This document shows positions 57,401 through 64,000 of a stretch of 64,000 nt of DNA, piece after piece; within the stretch, counting starts at the first letter, position 1, and every line of letters starts with the position of its first letter. The notes under the pieces are model-generated. The model was not told the origin of the DNA. It searched no databases and saw nothing but the letters and a program-made list of their open reading frames with translations. The DNA comes from Myxococcota bacterium (GTDB lineage: Bacteria; Myxococcota_A; UBA9160; UBA4427), in NCBI GenBank assembly GCA_965250285.1, contig OZ252299.1, positions 1,696,001 through 1,760,000 of the forward strand, in the 5' to 3' direction. The translations under genes and the position numbers were made by a program.

Positions 57401-58509
57401 AGCAGTGCGGTCGAGTGATAGGTGCGCGCCTGGTTCTGCGCGTTGTAGAGGGTCCACGTGTCGGTGTCGGGATCCCAGGCCTCGGCGTTCAGGATCGCGA
57501 ACGCGTCGGTGAACTTCTGTCCCGACGTGTTGCCTCCGACGACGAGCACGTCACCGTTCGGCAGGAGCACCTCGTTCTGGAACTGGCGCGGCCAGTTCAT
57601 GCTCGAGACCGGCGTGGCCTGGAGCGACGGCGCCTCGAGGTCGATCGTCCAGGCGAGGTCGATCGCCGTACTGCTGCTCGTCGACGTCGAGCCGCCGGCG
57701 ACGAGAATCTTGCCCTCGTCGTAGACGACCGAGACCCCCTCGTCGGGGAAGGCCGGGTAGCTGTGGGGCCGCTTCGTGATCGAGCCGAGCCCGTCCGCAC
57801 CGCCGAACGGGTCGATCGAGTTCATGCCGAGGCCGCTGACCGCACCGTGGTGCAGCACGGTGCCGTCCATGTCGAGCTGGAGCATCGGCCACATGCCGCC
57901 GCCGTCGCGCAGGCCCGAGGCCAGCATGGTGTCGGAAAGGTCGACGCCCGTGAGCAGGGTCCAGCCGGTGTCTTCCGTCCAGACCTCGGGGAAGACGCCA
58001 CCGCCATCGCCCACGGCGATGAAGACGCTGCCATCGCCCATCGCGACGGCCGTCGGGTACCAGCGCCCGCGGTTCATGTTGTTCGACGCGTCGAGCTGCA
58101 CCCACGTGTCGCGCACGAAGTCGTAGTAGCTGACCCAGGGGCTCTGCCCCTTGTTGCGGCCACCGATGATGAACGTGCGACCGTCTTCGAGCGTGACCAG
58201 CGCCGCGCAGAACATGTCGTGGCTCGGGTGCGGCACCTCCACGATCTCGCCCGTGACGTGATCCCACACTGCGGCGTAGGTGAACTCGTCGTTGACCGAG
58301 CCCGGGAAAGCGTTTGGCTCGTTCGAGGCGAAGGTCAGGATGCGGCCATCGGGCAGGTTCGCCATCGAGACTGGCACGTGGGGCCACTCGATGATCGGGC
58401 CCCACACGCCGCCGACGTGCGGCGGGAAGCTCGGCGGCGGGTTCGGCGGCTGAACCTGCGCCGAAGCGGCCGAAGCGAACGCGAGAGCGGCGATCAACGG
58501 CAGGAGCAT
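48430..58509 (-). CDS. Giant secreted protein (~3,360 aa): galactose-oxidase-type copper radical oxidase + Ig + 3x H-lectin-like + Ig + PKD + beta-propeller + di-heme cytochrome c peroxidase + 5x TSP-C-like domains spaced by Ig pairs
   Basis: Signal peptide MLLPLIAALAFASAASA. Oxidase motifs HDMFC, RWYPT, RTYHS and STTHTMNTDQR. PKD motif YTWNFGDG. Heme motifs CASCH and CGDCH with TPTLRGL..TAPYLHDGS. The ORF is open up to 58791, so the start is uncertain. Confidence 0.9.
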   Translation of the reverse strand: MLLPLIAALAFASAASAQVQPPNPPPSFPPHVGGVWGPIIEWPHVPVSMANLPDGRILTFASNEPNAFPGSVNDEFTYAAVWDHVTGEIVEVPHPSHDMFCAALVTLEDGRTFIIGGRNKGQSPWVSYYDFVRDTWVQLDASNNMNRGRWYPTAVAMGDGSVFIAVGDGGGVFPEVWTEDTGWTLLTGVDLSDTMLASGLRDGGGMWPMLQLDMDGTVLHHGAVSGLGMNSIDPFGGADGLGSITKRPHSYPAFPDEGVSVVYDEGKILVAGGSTSTSSSTAIDLAWTIDLEAPSLQATPVSSMNWPRQFQNEVLLPNGDVLVVGGNTSGQKFTDAFAILNAEAWDPDTDTWTLYNAQNQARTYHSTALLLLDGSVISAGGGLSNRPCPAPGTAPPGECGSDHWNAEVFYPPYLYQADGELAPRPVIDSAPGVVRLARTFQVSATPGLSAFSMVRMSSTTHTMNTDQRFLRPTMNEVSPGTYELTLHTNENVLVPGYWMLFAMDGEVPSVAEVIQVTNDGLPRGKPIERLGHDVGATVFVQIQAEDPDGNPIVFAQTNLPPGLSLDPQSGQITGQPTTPGVYDVTISAFDGTEASNIEFSWIVSTARSEFGTLTVDQVDGDEWHSVTLSRVIQNPVVVMGPPSRNDPAPTTVRVGNVTPTGFEFQIDEWDYLDGAHGLETISYLVVEAGEYVLPDGSTLVAGVSTGIDHDNPWTEPFAPGLFDTTPLVLAQIVDNSSGIAAVPRIEGVSDAGFTVRIQKEENLGQTFPDENVHWIAVEPTQISGLAEAASTGTVVDEVPETVAFSEGLSGLPVLLAGMQTRNGADVAALRVEAVTTAGFDVIVEEEQSQDSEVAHADEEVGWLAIDPSNAALGLQAFYNTPPTVLDPGDQVGAVATSVSMFIQAGDAEGDDLDFSAIGLPPGLSIDSNTGEIYGSITTAGVFAVTVTVTDESVESDSVDFLWTVEDAFQLIPFASPPELDGTSVSFTASVNLSGTFEYTWNFGDGTPTVGPLATPDVTHVFAGPGRHTVTVTAIDPTTLAQTSMQFVQNIAGTPTAAAPTASSSIVYDEATDRVWVVNPDNDSVSVIDAPLGLKLLEIPVCDEPVTLDVAANGDVWVACRGDDVIDVIDPVALAVEPASRIELGAGAGLYAIVFDPSGANAFVSLGDLGEVRRLDGATGAELGAQSVGPHVRHLGVTSDGATVHATYHITPLLTGESTGVPSAAPSEGASVLSLDAATLAIGPSITLGVSTIPDTEHSGRGVPNYVGAPIVSPDGTEMLVPSKQDNVYRGQFREGVALTHDSMVRAITSRIDLTTGQEDILARRDHDDESIAHSTIYSRLGAYAFTSLEGTRAVSVLEPFSQIELGRVDVGRAPHGLALSPDGLTLYVDNFMDRTVTVLDLTNLLDFDDPALPVLATILKVDVDTLSIEILNGKQLFYDSRDPRLALAGYIACASCHRDGGHDGRVWDFSDLGEGFRNTISLEGRGQGHGPVHWTANFDEVQDFENQIRHFEGLGLMNDPDFAATSDPLGTPKAGLSIDLDDLAAYVGSLASVGSSPARSATGALTADGAAGRLLFQSEQCGDCHLGSAFTDSVLLRMHDVGTLKAISGPQTALDTPTLRGLWATAPYLHDGSAATIADAVAAHTGVALSAGDLALLASYLEQIDDAESSAPSSALLVESFDDGDYDGWTISDPGDRDAPSDWQVVGGVMTQNTNILSNPTTVESLTKIGTYAIYDGGYGWTDYRVRLEIGSLDNDDIGFMFRVQGLDDYYRFSWNAQMNYQRLVKNVGGSFTLLGEVNTAYTPGQTYVLEVVVEGPSIEISVDGLTVFSVTDPDITGGTIGLSSWANEGAQFSAIAVEPLADEPPTITSTPSLAAEEDQAYAYDADATLEASGTGPITFSLESGPAGMTVSSVGGVTWTPTAGQVGSQPVVLRADNLVGSDTQSFTIEVAAAPPPAPPVFTSTPSTSATVGAPYVYDGDGQAAASGPGPITFSLVSGPAGLTVDPDGAVSWTPGDGQEGLQSVEIEALNAFGAATQSFGIDVAERPPYLLSDDFADGDLAGWIIEDPGDREAPSDWQVVGGVLTQGTNILSNPTTVEALSKIGTYAIHDGGAAWDDYRVSVLIGSDDDDEVGLIFRMQGLDDYYRFSWNTQMGYQRLVKNVAGNFTLLGEINTTYTIGQMYLLEVVLDGASIEVSIDGAPVFSVVDPDLTAGTIALSSWANAGARFDDVLVEPLAPQPPLITSTPSLVGEEDQAYAYDADSTLEAAGTGPFTFSLVSGPSGMTVSPTGQVAWTPTAGQTGLQPVEVRADNAVGFDTQSFMIDVAAAPPPAPPVFTSAASTNATVGAAYAYDADGQAEASGPGPITFSLVSGPTGFVVDPDGTVTWTPAADQEGVQSVEIEAANSFGSVTQSFDVDVAAAPPYMLSADFETGDLAGWTIADPGDREAPSDWQVVGGVLTQGTNILSNPTTVEALSKIGTYAIYDGGTAWDDYKVSMLIGSDDDDEVGLIFRMQGLDDYYRFSWNTQMGYQRLVKNVGGNFTLLGETNTTYTIGQLYLLEVVLDGASIDVSIDGVPVFSVVDPDLTSGTIALSSWANAGGLYDEVLVEPLAPQPPLITSTPSLVGEEGQAYAYDADSTVEAAGTGPFTFSLVSGPSGMTVSPTGQVAWTPTAGQTGLQPVEVRADNAVGFDTQSFTIDVAAAPPPSPPVFTSTAATDATVDAPYAYDANDQAEASGPGPITFALVSGPAGFAVAPNGTVSWTPTAGQEGVQSVEIEASNTFGTVTQSFDVDVAPAPPYLLSDDFEDGDHAGWTIEDPGDREAPSDWQVVGGVLNQGTNILSNPTTVESITKIGTYAIYDGGTTWDDYRVSVLIGSDDNDEIGVMFRMQGLDDYYRFSWNTQMGYQRLVKNVGGNFTLLGEISTTYTTGQMYLLEVVLDGPSIEVSIDGVPVFSVVDPDLTGGTIGLSSWANAGALFDDVLVEPLAPQAPLITSVPSLAGEEDQPYAYDADGIIEAAGTGPFTFALDSGPSGMTVSSAGVVSWTPTAGQIGPQAVVVRADNAVGSDTQSFTVEVAAAPPPAPPVFTSTAATTATVGAAYAYDADGVAEASGPGPITFSLVSGPLGFAVAPGGAVTWTPVAGQEGVHAVEIEAANAFGTVAQSFDVDVAPAPPYLLSDDFEDGDLAGWTVSDPGDREAPSDWQVVGGVLMQNTNILSNPTTVQSITKIGSYAIFDGGTTWDDYKVSMLIGSDDNDEIGLMFRVQGLDDYYRFSWNTQMNYQRLVKNVGGSFSLLGEVNTTYTIGQMYLLEVVVDGPSIEVSIDGGVVFSVVDPDLAGGTIGLSTWANAGGRYDDVLVEPLAP
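48433..53484 (-). repeat. Intragenic tandem array with exact 1122-bp (374-aa) period; five lectin/TSP-C-like domains separated by four Ig pairs
   Basis: The anchor GAGAA(C/G)CGGTAGTAGTCGTC recurs at 48701, 49823, 50945, 52067 and 53189. Confidence 0.93.
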
Positions 58510-58830
58510 CGCGGCGAGCAAGCCAGTCGGCTGGGCTCGAAGCGGCGCAGGGATGGAAGGGGTCGGGTCCGGGCGGCATTCAGTCAGGGGCACGGCGAAT
58601 TTCCAGAGCAGAAGGGATGCGGCGAGCGGTGGCAGTCCGCTCTCCTGGGAGCGCGCGTCACCCAGCCCGAGTCGAAGTCGGGGACGCGCGGTTCGGATGG
58701 GATCGGTGGCAGCCGATCGGTTTGGGTCCTCTTCTACGGCGTGTCGAGGCCGCGGGGTGCGGTGCCCCACGGTCGAGATTCGAGTTCTCAAAGAACCCCC
58801 TCCTCTGCCGCCGCAAAACGGTGATGGTGG

Positions 58831-59727
58831 TCAGCTGGGCGTCGGTCGGCCGAAGCCCTCCTCGTAGCGCTCGATCCATTCTTCGGGGACGTGGGCCAGG
58901 TCGGTGCAGCGCAGGTAGTCGCCCATCGTCGTGCCGGTGCACTCCGAGTCGACGTTCGGGCTGCCGGTGCCCCCCGTGACCTCGTCCATGTGGACGGTTC
59001 TGAAGTCGATGCTGAAGCGGGTGTGGCCCGCGTGATTTTCGAGTGACGCGTGCATCTGCGCGCCCGAGAACACGACCATCGAGCCGGCGTCGCCGTGAAA
59101 TCGCAGGTCGTGCGAGAGATCCATCTGCTCTTCGGGCTTCGGCTGGTCGCGCTTGTCGACGCCGACATGCTGGGCCGCCGAGAATCGGTTCTGCGCGTTC
59201 CACTCGGCGTAGTTGTATCGACGCGAGCCGTTCTTGACCGAGCGTGCCCAGTAGTCGGGGTAGAAGACCATCCCCTCGTCGTCGCTCAGGGGATAGATCG
59301 GCATCCACCAGTTGAGCTGACACATCGGTGCCGAGTACCACGTGTCTCGGTGCGGGTGAAAGGCGTACGCGATGCCGGTCGTCAGGTAGTCGTCCGAGGT
59401 CGACGAGCGCAGCCGCGGCACGTCGAAGTACGTCCGCTCGGGGTCGCAGCCGAGCTCGTCGAGCACGGCGCGAATCAAGGTCTTGCTCTCGGGGTGATGG
59501 ATGAAGCGCGGCTTCAGGTCGGCGAGGATCTCGACATAGCGGTCGACCGGCAGCTCGTGCTGTGCCGTCGGTGGATGATGAGGATGGAAGGCCTCTTCGA
59601 TGAGGCCACGCGCAAAGTCGCAAAAGGCAAGTCGAGCGGAATTCGGGCCGAAGAAGAACAGATCGCCGTCGTACAGCGCTGCGCGCCGCGCGTCGTCGTC
59701 CTTCGAAGAATCGACCCAGATTCGCAT
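58831..59727 (-). CDS. Putative Fe(II)/2-oxoglutarate-type dioxygenase (hydroxylase)
   Basis: HRD (HxD), distal MHAS and RFSIDFR (RxS) in a double-stranded beta-helix-like order. Confidence 0.65.
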   Translation of the reverse strand: MRIWVDSSKDDDARRAALYDGDLFFFGPNSARLAFCDFARGLIEEAFHPHHPPTAQHELPVDRYVEILADLKPRFIHHPESKTLIRAVLDELGCDPERTYFDVPRLRSSTSDDYLTTGIAYAFHPHRDTWYSAPMCQLNWWMPIYPLSDDEGMVFYPDYWARSVKNGSRRYNYAEWNAQNRFSAAQHVGVDKRDQPKPEEQMDLSHDLRFHGDAGSMVVFSGAQMHASLENHAGHTRFSIDFRTVHMDEVTGGTGSPNVDSECTGTTMGDYLRCTDLAHVPEEWIERYEEGFGRPTPS

Positions 59728-60247
59728 GACTTGTAATCCCCGTCACCGACGCCGAGCGCCGGCTCTGTACGGCCAGAACATTCTAAGCCGAACTCCACCC
59801 AATATGTGCCACCCACGTGGGTAAAGGCGACGCACCCCTGCGGGTGAATCTGAATTTGTCTGTGGATCGACCGCAATTCAAGGCTGGCCGCCCGCCCGCA
59901 GCGCACATGTCACGAAACGATCTCGAACCGCACGCAAGGTGCGCGCGCAATGCCGGCGCCTGAGCGCGAGATCGGCCGCGTCGGTCGGCGACGTCACGAA
60001 AGTGCGTCAGTCGGGCGCGGCTCGGCAGCAGCCGGCGCGATCCGGCTCGGTGGGCGGTCGACTGGGCCGCCGATGCGGCGAGTGGGTGACCTCCGGCGAG
60101 GCCGATCGACCGAGCGCCTGCGCTCGCCGGTCAGTCTGGCGGCGTCGCTCCTCCGAGGGCCCGGTCTGCCTGCCCCGCCGGTGGTCGTGCTGCCGGCCAC
60201 CGCGGTCGCGCTGGCGAATGCGCGACTTCGCGACCGAATCCGCCGTG

Positions 60248-60279
60248 TTGACAGGGGATTCGCCCCGGGGTACTACTCT
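60248..60279 (+). promoter_or_regulatory. Sigma70-type promoter of the tRNA gene
   Basis: Perfect TTGACA at 60248-60253, with TACTACTCT starting 17 bp downstream. Confidence 0.6.
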
Positions 60280-60301
60280 CGATCCTCAAAGACAGCTTTG
60301 T

Positions 60302-60378
<77 letters not shown>

Positions 60379-60385
60379 CCGAAGC

Positions 60386-60426
60386 GAACGCCTCGGAGCC
60401 AGAGATGGCCCGGGGCGTTCGTGTTT
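60386..60426 (+). terminator. Intrinsic terminator after tRNA
   Basis: GAACGCCTCGGAGCCA-GAGA-TGGCCCGGGGCGTTC followed by GTGTTT. Confidence 0.65.
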
Positions 60427-60458
60427 GGGGGCGAGAGAACGGCCCCGCGCCCTGAGAC

Positions 60459-60974
60459 TCAGCTCCCCTGTCGGCGCACGGGCTCGAGTTGCCTCATGGC
60501 GTTGACCATCCGACTCGGTGGCGCGTCTTCGGCCAGGACATCCGCGTCGACGACGGCGCAGAATCCCGGCGTGAAGGTGGGCGCGAGCTCAGCCCACATC
60601 TTCCGGGCTTGCGGAGTGCTCAACGCCCAGCGCAGCAGATCGATCTGGCGGTCGAACTGCTCCCTCGCAACCGTTCCCATCTCCTGCTGAAGCCAGAGCC
60701 GTTCGAAGGCTCGAACGATGGTGAGAAAACGTTCCACCGCGACGATCCGCTCGATGGGATCCAGTGGCTCGTCCCGCCCCAGCTTGACCAGCGAAGCGAT
60801 GTAGGGCTCGTTCTTTTCAGTCACGACGTGAACGTCGTGCAGCGTCCCCATGGCGGTGACCTTCAGTGCCTGGGTGTTCTGACGAATCTGAACCGCGAGA
60901 TAGAGCAGCGTCACCAGGACCGCGATGGCGCCAAGCACCTCTCCGATTGCGCCGATGGCTTCCCAATTCATCAT
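60459..60974 (-). CDS. Hypothetical protein with N-terminal TM (NWEAIGAIGE...LAVQIRQNT type)
   Basis: Single TM followed by QIRQ and a helical domain. Codon usage looks less GC-biased than the flanks. Confidence 0.75.
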   Translation of the reverse strand: MMNWEAIGAIGEVLGAIAVLVTLLYLAVQIRQNTQALKVTAMGTLHDVHVVTEKNEPYIASLVKLGRDEPLDPIERIVAVERFLTIVRAFERLWLQQEMGTVAREQFDRQIDLLRWALSTPQARKMWAELAPTFTPGFCAVVDADVLAEDAPPSRMVNAMRQLEPVRRQGS

Positions 60975-61116
60975 CCGGACTCCTACCCACTCATTCGATG
61001 ACGCGGCCGATGCTCTGACTCCTGATGTGACAAGGGATCATGCCACGAACTCCAGCCAGATCGAGAGCTCGCGATCGCCCGACTCGCTTCGGTCGTAGCG
61101 AGCCCCCGCTACCACA

Positions 61117-61155
61117 CAGAAACGCCCGGAGGCTTCGGCCCCCGGGCGTTTTCTG
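61117..61155. terminator. Bidirectional intrinsic terminator
   Basis: CAGAAACGCCCGGAGGC-TTCG-GCCCCCGGGCGTTTTCTG. Confidence 0.8.
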
Positions 61156-61176
61156 TTCGGGCATCGTGCGGGGTGG

Positions 61177-62235
61177 CTACTCCTCGACCCGCTCGAGCCA
61201 GTTCTCCCGAAAATACGAGTAGATGGCGCGCGGGCACGCGACGCGGCCGCGGTCGCTGTACTTCGAGGGGCAGACGCCGCCCTCGAGGATGATGCACGGG
61301 TTCGAGAAGTTCATCATGCGGCCGGTCTTCTCGTTGATGATCTGGGTCACCGACGAGTGCACGACCATCTCCTGGCCAGAGTACTTCACCATCTCCCAGT
61401 CGTATCGCATGCCGCGATTGCGCTGGGTCGCGTCGATCGTCTTCTCGATCTCGGCCAGGCTCTTGACGCGCACCCGCTCGCCGGGCTGCAGCCCGAGCAC
61501 TTCCTTGGGCGTTCGGCCCTTGTTCGCCTGGCCGCGGATCAGCGGGAAATCGCTGCCGCCCACGACTTTCTGCACCTGGTTGTAGAGCCAGATGAAGAAG
61601 CGGTAGCCGATGATGTGGCGCACGTTGGCGGTGAACCTGAAATAGAGCGCATTGAGCATCTCGCCGACCGTGACGTTGCCCGACCGCACGTCGCGCCAGT
61701 AAGGCCGCGGGTCTCGCGGATCGACCGGGTAGCTCGCCTCCACCAGCTGCGTCGCCTGGCACGAGAAACACGTTTCGCCCTCGTGATCGACGTGCGAGCT
61801 CGCGAGCTGAATCTGCTGGACCGTGCAGCCCGGCGCCCGGGTGCGCGGCCCGCCCGGTTCGCGGCCCGCCTCGGCGTCGGCCACGCGCTTCAGCCAGGCT
61901 TCCTTGAAAAAGAGGAGGCACTCCGCCTGACAGCCACCGTGCTCGCGACCGCTGCAGCGCAGATCCTCGAGGTGGACGGTGTCCTCCATCCGCCGAGCGC
62001 CGCTGTGGTCGACGGTGTCGCAGGTCTTGTGCGCGCTGGCGCGCACTTTGAAGCGCCGACCGCAGTACTCGATCATCTCGGGCATGAACGGCTGCGCATC
62101 GAGTCGGCCCGACTCGTCGAGTGTCGAGAGGATCTCTTCGAGGCTGCGCACCTCGACCAGCTCGCCGGCGCGCAGGCCGAGTGATTTGGGGAACCCGGCG
62201 TGGGAGGCAGTCGGGGCCGTCGCGCTCATTCGCAT
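61177..62235 (-). CDS. Conserved hypothetical Cys-rich protein with an internal two-fold repeat
   Basis: LGLRAGELVEVRSLEEILSTLD pairs with LGLQPGERVRVKSLAEIEKTID. The halves end FKEAWLKRV and FRENWLERV. Confidence 0.75.
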   Translation of the reverse strand: MRMSATAPTASHAGFPKSLGLRAGELVEVRSLEEILSTLDESGRLDAQPFMPEMIEYCGRRFKVRASAHKTCDTVDHSGARRMEDTVHLEDLRCSGREHGGCQAECLLFFKEAWLKRVADAEAGREPGGPRTRAPGCTVQQIQLASSHVDHEGETCFSCQATQLVEASYPVDPRDPRPYWRDVRSGNVTVGEMLNALYFRFTANVRHIIGYRFFIWLYNQVQKVVGGSDFPLIRGQANKGRTPKEVLGLQPGERVRVKSLAEIEKTIDATQRNRGMRYDWEMVKYSGQEMVVHSSVTQIINEKTGRMMNFSNPCIILEGGVCPSKYSDRGRVACPRAIYSYFRENWLERVEE

Positions 62236-62320
62236 TCTCCAGTTTGCTCACGCGCTATGGGCCGCCGTGATGCGGCGCTGCACGCGCTCAGGGGACGAGT
62301 TCAGGTGGCGCCCCGCGCCA

Positions 62321-63322
62321 TCAGCTGCTCTGCCGAAGCGCGCGAAGTCGGTGCACGGCCGGGCGCAGGAGCACCCGCACGCACCACACGTAGTCCGACC
62401 AGAGCAGTCGCCGGTGTTCGCCGACCCACCCCGCCATGACCCGCATGCACTCGATCTTCTGTCGCAGGGGAAGGTCGACCTTGAAGATTGAGCGCACGTA
62501 CTCCCAGAGCTGCCGGTGGTACGGCAGCGAGAGCGTCGTGCGCTTGCTCGGGTCGATCCACGCGGCCCGCTGATGTCGCGACGGATGCGCCCGGATCGAC
62601 CGCGTCGCGTGATCGCGCCGGTAGAAGAGGATCTGCGGGATGCGGTGAAATCGACCTCGCAGCGCGAGCTCGGCCAGCATGTTTCGGTCGGAGTCGGGGT
62701 ACAGCCCGTGGGCCCCGGTCGCGCGCAGCGGGGCCGTGCGGAAGAGCCCCATCACGGGCTCGAGGCGGTGCCCCATATCGATCAGGCTGCGAAAACGCGC
62801 GACGGGATCGGGGTCGTCGCCGCTGACCCGCTGCTCGACGGCGTCGAGGGACTCGCCATGCTCCCCGATCACCTGGATCGCCGAGTAGCAGATGACCGTC
62901 TCGGGCTCGTCGTCGAGCACCTGGACGCACCGGGCGAGAAAGTCGGGCGCGCGAATGTCGTCATGTGCGGCCCAGAACCAGTACTCGCCGCGCGCGAGCG
63001 AGAAGCACTTCGCGTGGTTGCCGAACACGCCGAGGTTCTCTGGATTCTGCTCGAATCGCACTCGGGGATCCCGATCGGCGTAGGCGCGACAGATCTCGGG
63101 CGTGCGGTCGGTCGACCCGTTGTCGCAGATGATCAGCTCGAAGTCGCCAAAGGTCTGACCGAGGAGCGAGTCGATCGACTCCTCGACATATCGCTCGCCG
63201 TTGTACACCGGCAGGCCGATCGACACGCGCGGCTTGGCGTGGGATGTCGCGAGCTGGGCGGGGCGATCCGACGTCGCTTCCGTCGCAGAGGCATGCGGGG
63301 CGCTCGGCTGGGATTGCGTCAT
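62321..63322 (-). CDS. Glycosyltransferase family 2
   Basis: VSIGLPVYNGE, ICDNGSTD and WAAHDD. Confidence 0.92.
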   Translation of the reverse strand: MTQSQPSAPHASATEATSDRPAQLATSHAKPRVSIGLPVYNGERYVEESIDSLLGQTFGDFELIICDNGSTDRTPEICRAYADRDPRVRFEQNPENLGVFGNHAKCFSLARGEYWFWAAHDDIRAPDFLARCVQVLDDEPETVICYSAIQVIGEHGESLDAVEQRVSGDDPDPVARFRSLIDMGHRLEPVMGLFRTAPLRATGAHGLYPDSDRNMLAELALRGRFHRIPQILFYRRDHATRSIRAHPSRHQRAAWIDPSKRTTLSLPYHRQLWEYVRSIFKVDLPLRQKIECMRVMAGWVGEHRRLLWSDYVWCVRVLLRPAVHRLRALRQSS

Positions 63323-63586
63323 CTCGGCGTCCACTGCGTGATCGTGTTGGATCGCGGGCAGGATAGCTCGCCCCCTCCCTGGTGCTGCTGGTCGGTGTCT
63401 GCGAGCCCCGTCCAACGACGGACGCCTCGGTCTCGTCATTCGATCGTTGCATCGCCCCGATCGCGCACCCGAATTGGCTAAGGTCGGGCGGCGTCTGGAC
63501 GAGTAAGTGGCCTCAGGGGCCCATCGGGTGAAGTCGAAGGGGCGAATTCTCGCTCCCGTGCCTCAGTAGGACGCAGGGGGTCGGCA

Positions 63587-64000
63587 GTGGCTGAGCAGGT
63601 CGCAGGCAGCACGGTCCTCGTGACCGGCGGCAGCGGGTTCCTCGGCTCGAATTTGTGCCGGCGGCTGATGCACGACGGCGCCGACGTCCACGCGACGTCC
63701 CGGTCGCCACAGGCCGCCCCGCCCCGCTGGTCGAGCCCCGACCTCGAATCCATCGACGCTGTGCGGGCGCTCCTCGAAGAGACACGCCCCGAGGTCATCT
63801 ACCACTTCGCAGGCCAGGTGACGGCGGCGCCCGATCGCGACTTCGTGCTGCCTCTCTATCACAGCCTGCTGACGAGCACCGTCAACGTGCTGCTGGCGGC
63901 GAGTGAGCTCGGCTGCCGCCGGGTCGTGCTGGCCGGATCGCTGACCGAACCGGCGAACCCGGGCGACGTACCGGCCTCGCCCTATGCGGCGGCTAAATTC
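63587..64000 (+). CDS. NAD-dependent epimerase/dehydratase (3' truncated by window)
   Basis: GTG 63587, VLVTGGSGFLG, PEVIYHFAG, and YAAAK at the window edge. Confidence 0.85.
   Translation, partial: MAEQVAGSTVLVTGGSGFLGSNLCRRLMHDGADVHATSRSPQAAPPRWSSPDLESIDAVRALLEETRPEVIYHFAGQVTAAPDRDFVLPLYHSLLTSTVNVLLAASELGCRRVVLAGSLTEPANPGDVPASPYAAAKF

Noticed and set aside
58510..58791. 94-aa N-terminal extension of the giant ORF
   Set aside because: It is Pro/Arg-rich and looks non-coding, and a good signal peptide begins at ATG 58509. The true start needs experimental confirmation.

Overview
High-GC bacterial chromosomal window. Gene style and content suggest Myxococcota or a related deltaproteobacterial lineage (inference only). 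The left end carries a near-canonical XerCD dif site (616-643), and KOPS-like octamers across the window point towards it, so this is probably the replication terminus. 0.7-18 kb holds mostly housekeeping and envelope genes: SRAP peptidase, UDP-GlcNAc pyrophosphorylase, a histone-H1-like/FYDLN fusion, PfkB kinase, Slt, a GHL10 lipoprotein, queA-tgt, an MCP, a ROK kinase and a receiver-PilZ protein. 18.4-64 kb is a large surface-polysaccharide synthesis and modification locus: GT2/GT4 enzymes, a Wzy/O-antigen-ligase-like protein, an AT3 acyltransferase with four SGNH paralogues, four deacetylase-type genes, a sulfotransferase, an ATP-grasp ligase, an LMW-PTP and a CDP/C-methyl branched-sugar cassette. 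Embedded in it is the most striking feature, a ~3,360-aa secreted protein. It fuses a complete galactose-oxidase-type copper radical oxidase, three H-type-lectin-like repeats, a beta-propeller plus di-heme cytochrome c peroxidase module, and five thrombospondin-C-like domains repeated at an exact 1122-bp period. An initiator tRNA-Met is followed by a ~0.74-kb one-gene insert bounded by a duplicate of the tRNA 3' end. All family assignments come from motif recognition by eye, not database searches, and several start codons are best guesses.
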